This document shows, in pieces, positions 9,575 through 14,926 of a stretch of 14,926 nucleotides of DNA; positions within the stretch are counted from its first letter, which is position 1, and each line of letters begins with the position of its first letter. Made by a program: the position numbers and the translations under genes. The DNA comes from an uncultured archaeon (GTDB lineage Archaea > Asgardarchaeota > Lokiarchaeia > Sigyniarchaeales > SOKP01). The notes beneath the pieces were generated by a model. That model was not told the origin of the DNA. It made no database searches and saw nothing but the letters and a program-made list of their open reading frames with translations. The stretch covers positions 1 through 14,926 of the forward strand of contig CAYUTF010000082.1 in NCBI GenBank assembly GCA_964447495.1, read 5' to 3'.

Positions 9575-10249
9575 TTATTTGTAATTATTGGGATTATAAA
9601 TCCTTTCAATATCTTCTTCATCAAAATTGCCACTCCATTTTTCTTTAAGGATGATGAAATCTTTTGGATTCATATTTGGGTTAATTATGGAGTGATATTT
9701 CATTTTTGAATTCGTAAATTCAGTGCCATTTTTTACAAAATAATAAACTCGATTATTACTTATTATTATTGGATTTCCTCTTATGATTTCCCACACTTCG
9801 GATCTGAATTTATGAATTTGAAGTGAAAGTCCCATCTCAGGTTTTATGAAAATAAGGTTATATTCGGGGTAAGTAAATTTTATACTATACCATTTAGCTA
9901 AGATATCAATATAACCTTGTGGAACGTTAAAATTCTTAACGAATTCCTCAGGCTTGAAATTAATTTTTTCAGAATGCTCGTATTTATATGGATTATATAT
10001 TATCTTATGTTTTGATACATCCTGATCGTATTTGATATTTATTTGTGCTGCCCCAATATTAATTATCATATAATACTCCTTAGGGCTGACTTTTAAATTC
10101 AACTTCTTTACACGCGTGGTAATAACTGAAGTATTATTAATAATCAGAATTTTATTTGAGCTAATACAATCAATTGAAATCATCAATTCTTGAGAGTAAT
10201 TCTTTCTAAGATAAGTGCCCCTTCCAGATACTAATATTTCTTTAGACAC
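9575..10249 (-). CDS. Cupin-domain protein (C-terminal domain resembles type II mannose-6-phosphate isomerase cupin)
   Basis: Cupin motif 1 GLSLQIHKFRSEVWEIIRG and motif 2 ...KYHSIINP; GTG start 11 nt after the ribokinase stop. Confidence 0.7.
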   Translation of the reverse strand: MSKEILVSGRGTYLRKNYSQELMISIDCISSNKILIINNTSVITTRVKKLNLKVSPKEYYMIINIGAAQINIKYDQDVSKHKIIYNPYKYEHSEKINFKPEEFVKNFNVPQGYIDILAKWYSIKFTYPEYNLIFIKPEMGLSLQIHKFRSEVWEIIRGNPIIISNNRVYYFVKNGTEFTNSKMKYHSIINPNMNPKDFIILKEKWSGNFDEEDIERIYNPNNYK

Positions 10250-10260
10250 GATATTATAAC

Positions 10261-11232
10261 CTATTTGATTTTAATTTCGTTAATTTTAGTAAACCTATCT
10301 TGAATTTCCATAGCAACCGGCATGGATTCTTGGGCACCTTTTCTTGTAACAGCAATAGAAGCGGCAGCAGTGGCATATTTTACGGCATTCACTAAAGTCT
10401 CACCTTGAGCTAGTTTACTTGCTAAAACACCATTAAAGCAATCTCCAGCACCAACAGTATCAATTGCTTTTACTTTATAAGCTGGAATCTTGGTTATCGT
10501 TTCTGGATTTGATTGATATATCATTGAGCCTTTACTTCCCATAGTAGTTATTACTGAATTTATTCCTAATTTTGAAATATCCCTTGAAGCCTGAATAATT
10601 TGTTGATCTTCAGAGGATATTAGCTTTTCTAAATTCAATAATGAATGAAGGTGGAAAAGCTCTCCTTCATTAGGAATAATGATATCTATTAGATGAAATA
10701 AATCATGAGGGATAGGTTTTAAAGGAGCAGGGTTTAATATTTTTGTAACTTTTCCCTTAGATGCAATTTGAAAGATTTTTTGAATTGTTTCAATTGGAAT
10801 CTCCATCTGAACGATAATAGTGGTCGCATTTTTAACGATACTTTCATTTTTTTCTATTTCTTGCGGGCTTAATTTAACGTTGGCACCTGGAGCAACGCTT
10901 ATCATATTCTCACCATTTTCATCAATCATAATAAACGCAATTCCGCTCGCTTCTGTATCATCTCTGATGATATGTTCAACATTTATACCTTCTTTTTGTA
11001 ATTGAGTGAGCATCTGATCCCCAAATGAATCTTTACCAATTTTTGCTATAAAAATTGTACTCATGCCCGATCTTATGGATGCAACTGCTTGATTCGCACC
11101 TTTTCCTCCCATAAATTGTTTGAATGTTCCTCCAGTAACTGTTTCACCCTTTTTAGGTAAACACTGCGAATAGATATTCATATCTATATTGCTAGAGCCT
11201 ATGATAAGTACGTAGGGTTCTCTACTTGACAT
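10261..11232 (-). CDS. rbsK: Ribokinase (PfkB family)
   Basis: GSSNIDM, P..GETV, GGKGANQAVA, GENMISVAPGAN, LNPAP, PNEGE, DTVGAGDCFNG. Confidence 0.93.
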   Translation of the reverse strand: MSSREPYVLIIGSSNIDMNIYSQCLPKKGETVTGGTFKQFMGGKGANQAVASIRSGMSTIFIAKIGKDSFGDQMLTQLQKEGINVEHIIRDDTEASGIAFIMIDENGENMISVAPGANVKLSPQEIEKNESIVKNATTIIVQMEIPIETIQKIFQIASKGKVTKILNPAPLKPIPHDLFHLIDIIIPNEGELFHLHSLLNLEKLISSEDQQIIQASRDISKLGINSVITTMGSKGSMIYQSNPETITKIPAYKVKAIDTVGAGDCFNGVLASKLAQGETLVNAVKYATAAASIAVTRKGAQESMPVAMEIQDRFTKINEIKIK

Positions 11233-11493
11233 AATTTTTGCATCAAATCTTACTCTAAAATCATTTTATTTTCTATAAACTAATTATGGATCATTTCACT
11301 TAAAATCAATTAATTCTAATTTATGACAATAAATAATGACGAAAAATGATTTAAGCTTCTTTTTAAATTTAATAGTCTCTTTACTTAATTAAAAAGCAAA
11401 TGGTTTTAATTCAATCCTATTTTAACAAAAAATATTACATAAATTCCATTTATTTAAAATAAATCTATAAAAAATGTAAAAGAGGTAAGTACT

Positions 11494-11879
11494 TTGGCAA
11501 AAGATAAAATTATCGGACTCATCGTCATGATTCTCGGCATCTTTATCGCTATTGTTTACACCATGGGCAGTGTTTTGGATCTTTTCTTCGAAACACTTGG
11601 TGGAAACGCCAATTGGGATCAACTTCTCATGATTTTCGGTCATGATTGGCTTGATTGGAGACTTTTTGTGGTTCTACCCTTATGGTTAATTGTAATTTTA
11701 ATTTCCATTATCGCCATTTGGATTGGATACAGCATGCTTACAACGTTCAAGCATTTCGCTGAACCTAAGCTATACGCCTGCTCCAGTCCCACTCGAAGTT
11801 AAAAGATGTGTTTCACATTTTTATCGATTAGTTGGAAGAGGAGCTTGCTGCTGAAGAGGAATCTGAAGAATCAAGTTAA
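11494..11879 (+). CDS. Small two-TM membrane protein with acidic tail; predicted spliced CDS join(11494..11741,11773..11798,11830..11879), 107 aa
   Basis: TTG start with SD-like GAGGT at about 11482-11486. Two hydrophobic helices. Removing two 31-nt BHB inserts gives ...WIGYSMLTTPAPVPLEELEEELAAEEESEESS*, followed directly by a T-tract. The unspliced ORF stops at 11802 with an implausible tail. Confidence 0.85.
11742..11772 (+). other. Putative BHB intron 1 (31 nt) in protein-coding gene
   Basis: Central helix GCUU(11736-39)/AAGC(11767-70); bulges AC^A(11740-42) and UA^U(11771-73); internal hairpin GUUC-A-AGC...GCU-GAAC; ligation gives CTT AC|T ACG CCT (L-T-T-P). Confidence 0.78.
11799..11829 (+). 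other. Putative BHB intron 2 (31 nt) in protein-coding gene
   Basis: Central helix UCGA(11793-96)/UCGA(11824-27); bulges AG^U(11797-99) and UU^A(11828-30); internal stem UAAAA-G-AUGUG/CACAUUUUUA; outer stem UCCCAC/GUUGGA with one mismatch; ligation gives CTC GAA G|AG TTG GAA (L-E-E-L-E). Confidence 0.83.
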
Positions 11880-11888
11880 ATAAAATAC

Positions 11889-11905
11889 TTTTTTTTTTTC
11901 TTTTT
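11889..11905 (+). terminator. Oligo-T archaeal terminator
   Basis: T11-C-T5 run starting 10 nt after the spliced-frame stop at 11879. Confidence 0.6.
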
Positions 11906-11975
11906 AAACTCACTTTTTAATTTTTAATTAGATGTAAACCATTTCATAGAATTTGATATCGTATCTAATCAGATA

Positions 11976-12716
11976 TTAACCTATGTTATAAGATTTTACT
12001 CTGAGTGTATTTAGGTCAATGTTAAGTAATATTTTATTAGTAAGTTCTTTGGAATTAAGCTTTAATGGGGTGGTGCTAACAAAAATTGTGTCTTTATCTT
12101 TTTGTATGAATAGGGTATGGTGCCTTCCGTTAAAGTTAGTATTATGATACGTTATAACATTGCATTCCTGTGCGTTGAATAGAAAAGCATTTGCCCCGGC
12201 ACCTAATTCTAATACTTGAAATATTTCTTTCAAGGCGTTTTGTAAATTAAATCCTTCTTTTAGTTTATCTATAATATAGCATAGATATTTCCTTGTATCT
12301 AAATTAGTTTCCTTGCGTATTTTTTCTAAATCAGGGTAGCTTAATTTGGGGAAAGAAGGGTTCTTAATTATTCCATTATGAACGATTAAATATTTTTCGC
12401 CAATATTTATTGGATGAACATTTTCAAGACTTCTTTTCCAAGGCATAGTTTTTCTCGCATGAACAACTAGGAATCGTGTTTTAATTTCTGCTAATGATTT
12501 CCAATCTGCTTTATAAATTGGATGAATATCGCGTTTTATAATAAGATGATTATTAGAATCTTCAGGGATGTAAGCAAAACCCCAGCCTAAACTATGATGA
12601 CCAAACAGATTATATTTTCGAAGGTATTGCCAATGACAGGTTGCGATAAACTTTTTTAAAATTGGGAAGTCAACTTGAGAAGATTCATTCGAGCATTGAA
12701 GAAACATTCTACACAT
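11976..12716 (-). CDS. Stand-alone class II glutamine amidotransferase (Ntn hydrolase, YafJ/EgtC-like)
   Basis: N-terminal M-C-R nucleophile, H..GWGFAY, HARK, NVHP, HNG, downstream DT motif. Confidence 0.85.
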   Translation of the reverse strand: MCRMFLQCSNESSQVDFPILKKFIATCHWQYLRKYNLFGHHSLGWGFAYIPEDSNNHLIIKRDIHPIYKADWKSLAEIKTRFLVVHARKTMPWKRSLENVHPINIGEKYLIVHNGIIKNPSFPKLSYPDLEKIRKETNLDTRKYLCYIIDKLKEGFNLQNALKEIFQVLELGAGANAFLFNAQECNVITYHNTNFNGRHHTLFIQKDKDTIFVSTTPLKLNSKELTNKILLNIDLNTLRVKSYNIG

Positions 12717-12758
12717 GGCTAAACCTCATAATAATATTGAAATAAGTATGTTTTTTAA

Positions 12759-13877
12759 TTAAGAATCCTCTATAAAGTAGGCGATAATTGATCCATCCTC
12801 ATGACTTATTATTAACAATTGAGTTTTTGGCTCATATATAATATCATTTATAGAAGAAGTATGAACAATATTTGACTTTATTGTGCCATTTTTTTCATCT
12901 ATGATAATCAACTCCCCTTGAGTTGTTCCAATAGCTATATTGTTTTGTTTTCCCGTTTGAAATCGATAAATAACTTCAATATTCTTATTATTTAATTCCC
13001 ACTCAATTTCTATATTTTTATTGATGCAAATTAATTTTGATGTAAAATTTATATCTTGAATGGGAATAGACTGGTCCATATAATCAAAGGAGTAAGTACT
13101 TATTAAGATATTTTCATTTATAAGTGTAGGAAAGGAGAGACTCTTCCAGACATAATCATCAAATTCCATAGTTTTAATTTCGTTATGAGATACTTTATCA
13201 ATAAAATGCAGTTGATTATCATCGCCACCACAAACGATTAATAGACCTTTATTCGAATTAATATAGTCAATAAAACGAACCTTATCTGAAAATTGTTTAA
13301 ACCATAGCAAGTTTCCATTCACATTTTCGAATATTCTAATGGTTCCATCATTTCCACAAGCGATTATCTCTTTTGTACTTTTAACACGTTTATCTGTCCA
13401 AATTTTTGCATCTTCAATGCCATCTTTGAAAATTTGACCCCAGATTAAATTTCCAGAGTTATTATCCAAAACTCTAAGAGTTTTGTCAAGAGAGTAAGCA
13501 ATAATTTCCAGATTATCATCATTATTTATATCATTAATTCTTATTCCACTTATAGAAGAACCAAATTGATGAGCCCATAAAGGCTTTAAAATTAATTCAG
13601 GAGTGATTTGAAATACTCTTAATAATCCATCTAATCCACCAAGAATTAACTCTTGCTTCCCATTCTTATTGATATCTGAAATTTCAAAATTCCAAATTGG
13701 TGAATATTCAGTGATTTGTTCTTCAATTACTAATTTACTATTTAAATCTAAGATTAAAATTTTCCCCGATTTTGTAGATATAAATAGTTTTTTAGTTTGC
13801 TCTTTTGCACAAGCACTCAATTTTGCTCTGAGAATTGACTCCTTATAATCGAAAGTCCATTTTTTTTTCAACTGCAT
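12759..13877 (-). CDS. Beta-propeller protein (WD40/PQQ-like blades with FG-GAP-like loops)
   Basis: Repeated ~45-aa blades: DINKNGKQELILGGLDGLLRVF, DINNDDNLEIIAYSLDKTLRVLD..GNLIW, ACGNDGTIRIF..GNLLW, GGDDNQLHFID. Confidence 0.8.
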   Translation of the reverse strand: MQLKKKWTFDYKESILRAKLSACAKEQTKKLFISTKSGKILILDLNSKLVIEEQITEYSPIWNFEISDINKNGKQELILGGLDGLLRVFQITPELILKPLWAHQFGSSISGIRINDINNDDNLEIIAYSLDKTLRVLDNNSGNLIWGQIFKDGIEDAKIWTDKRVKSTKEIIACGNDGTIRIFENVNGNLLWFKQFSDKVRFIDYINSNKGLLIVCGGDDNQLHFIDKVSHNEIKTMEFDDYVWKSLSFPTLINENILISTYSFDYMDQSIPIQDINFTSKLICINKNIEIEWELNNKNIEVIYRFQTGKQNNIAIGTTQGELIIIDEKNGTIKSNIVHTSSINDIIYEPKTQLLIISHEDGSIIAYFIEDS

Positions 13878-14020
13878 GTTATTAAGTTATAAATATATCA
13901 TGATTTGTATATCTTTTAATAATTAATAGAAGATTTCAATTGAAATAATATTATATAATAAGTTGATTTAATTACTTTTAATATCTAAATTTATTAAAAA
14001 CTAGTAAATAGAGATAAAAT

Positions 14021-14482
14021 ATGTCTGAACAGAGAAAAATCGACTTTTTTTCTGCAATTGTGCTTATATTGAGTTTTATCGCACTAGTCATGCTCCTGAT
14101 CGGTCCATTTGGAAGTCTATATACAGGTTACTCTTGGAATGGAAATTCATGCCTTTATTGTTTTGGTTATTCCACAGTAGTGGACTATATAATGCAAGTC
14201 TTAATATTGATTTTGTTAATCCTTCAGATAGCAATGGCAATTAATAATTTGCTCCCAAAGTCGTTCATTCCGGAAGATTCACCAGCTGCTTTTCTTAGAA
14301 CCTCTATGTTTGGAATTATTTCATCAATTTTAATTTGGAGTTTTGCGATTATAGGACTTATCTCTTTCGGTGTAACTTATGATTATACTGATTGGTGGAT
14401 GGATATTGGCTTCTATGGACCTGTCGTTGCCGGGATAATAAATATGATCTTGTACATTTTAAAACATCTAAATAAGTTATAA
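14021..14482 (+). CDS. Four-TM membrane protein with CxxC in first loop
   Basis: 153-aa ORF with four hydrophobic segments, SCLYC in loop 1, followed by a T-tract. Confidence 0.75.
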   Translation: MSEQRKIDFFSAIVLILSFIALVMLLIGPFGSLYTGYSWNGNSCLYCFGYSTVVDYIMQVLILILLILQIAMAINNLLPKSFIPEDSPAAFLRTSMFGIISSILIWSFAIIGLISFGVTYDYTDWWMDIGFYGPVVAGIINMILYILKHLNKL

Positions 14483-14483
14483 A

Positions 14484-14505
14484 TTTCTTTTTTTTTATTT
14501 TTTTT
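14484..14505 (+). terminator. Oligo-T archaeal terminator
   Basis: Long T runs immediately after the stop at 14482. Confidence 0.55.
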
Positions 14506-14539
14506 ATGGAAAATTAATTTAAAAACTAATCAAGATAAG

Positions 14540-14554
14540 AACGAAATTTATATT
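14540..14554 (+). promoter_or_regulatory. Candidate BRE/TATA promoter for the ferredoxin gene
   Basis: Purine-rich AACGAAA followed by TTTATATT about 70 nt upstream of the ATG; SD GGAG at 14611-14614. AT-rich background limits certainty. Confidence 0.4.
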
Positions 14555-14620
14555 TTTTATATTATTCTCCCTATTAAGGATAATTATTTTATCTATAATT
14601 CTTAAAAAAAGGAGAAAAAT

Positions 14621-14818
14621 ATGAGCTTCGGAATCGAAATTGATATGGATGCTTGTACTGGATGTGGGACTTGCTATGAAGTTTGTCCAAGCGAATGTTT
14701 TGGAGAACCTGAAGGCGGTAAGGTGCATGTTCTTGAAGAGAACAGAGAAGATTGTGTAGGTTGCAGAGCTTGCGAAACCCAATGTCCAGAAGAGGCAATA
14801 ACAATCATTGAGGAGTAA
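14621..14818 (+). CDS. 2x[4Fe-4S] ferredoxin
   Basis: Two complete motifs CTGCGTCYEVCP and CVGCRACETQCP; 65 aa, acidic; SD GGAG. Confidence 0.95.
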   Translation: MSFGIEIDMDACTGCGTCYEVCPSECFGEPEGGKVHVLEENREDCVGCRACETQCPEEAITIIEE

Positions 14819-14845
14819 TCTCCACTATTTTCCTTAAAGATTATC

Positions 14846-14864
14846 TTTTTTTTTTTATTTTTTT
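14846..14864 (+). terminator. Oligo-T archaeal terminator
   Basis: T11-A-T7 run about 27 nt after the ferredoxin stop. Confidence 0.55.
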
Positions 14865-14926
14865 ATTGAGTAACAGATTTAATAAAACCAATCTAAGAAA
14901 AGATCGTGAAATCTGCCTTTTACGAA

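Noticed and set aside
210-11005. Plus-strand ORFs 210-410, 881-1114, 2898-3173, 4409-4594, 4533-4832, 5016-5210, 5499-5846, 6815-7027, 9159-9410, 10820-11005
   Set aside because: Antisense shadows of well-conserved minus-strand genes with no recognisable motifs.
11742-11829. Pseudogene, sequencing frameshifts or programmed ribosomal frameshifting
   Set aside because: The disruptions are 31-nt structured inserts rather than 1-nt indels, no slippery run sits at the junctions, and the SD, exons, stop and terminator are intact.
11742-11829. Mini CRISPR array, MITE or transposon footprint
   Set aside because: The two inserts share no repeat sequence, only the first has a 3-nt flanking duplication compatible with the frame, and no cas or transposase gene is present.
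11745-11831. Spliceosomal-like GT...AG boundaries (11745-11769, 25 nt; 11798-11831, 34 nt) that also restore the final frame
   Set aside because: They give TTYTPAPVPLELEEEL, a poorer fit to the expected TTP...PLEELEEEL pattern. No spliceosome is known in archaea, and BHB geometry explains both junctions exactly. cDNA junctions would discriminate.
11837-11854. C-terminal CC (Rab-type prenylation-like motif) on singly spliced isoforms
   Set aside because: It is the alternative-frame reading of CTT GCT GCT GAA (L-A-A-E) and most likely coincidental.
13878-14020. Short palindromes (ATCATGAT, ATAATATTAT) in the divergent intergenic region
   Set aside because: Expected by chance in very AT-rich DNA and not distinguishable as operator sites.
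11422-14804. Minus-strand ORFs 11422-11643, 14519-14782 and 14589-14804
   Set aside because: Antisense to the membrane protein and ferredoxin genes, which have SD sites, motifs and terminators.

Overview
AT-rich archaeal DNA, most likely an Asgard archaeon (Lokiarchaeia-like; inferred from protein style, not from a search). Positions 1-9340 are a minus-strand S10/spc-type ribosomal protein cluster: uS19, uL22, uS3, uL29, RNase P Rpp29, uS17, uL14, uL24, eS4, uL5, uS14 (missing from the ORF track), uS8, uL6, eL32, eL19, uL18, uS5, uL30 and uL15 (runs off the window). The rest holds a cupin protein, ribokinase, a small two-TM membrane protein, a class II glutamine amidotransferase, a beta-propeller protein, a four-TM protein and a 2x[4Fe-4S] ferredoxin. 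The main finding is that the two-TM gene (11494-11879, +) appears to be interrupted by two 31-nt introns (11742-11772 and 11799-11829) separated by a 26-nt micro-exon. Each folds into a bulge-helix-bulge (BHB) motif. Cutting at the canonical tRNA-splicing-endonuclease positions restores a clean 107-aa ORF ending ...SMLTTPAPVPLEELEEELAAEEESEESS. This suggests BHB-type mRNA splicing of a multi-intron protein-coding gene. It is predicted from sequence only and needs RNA confirmation.
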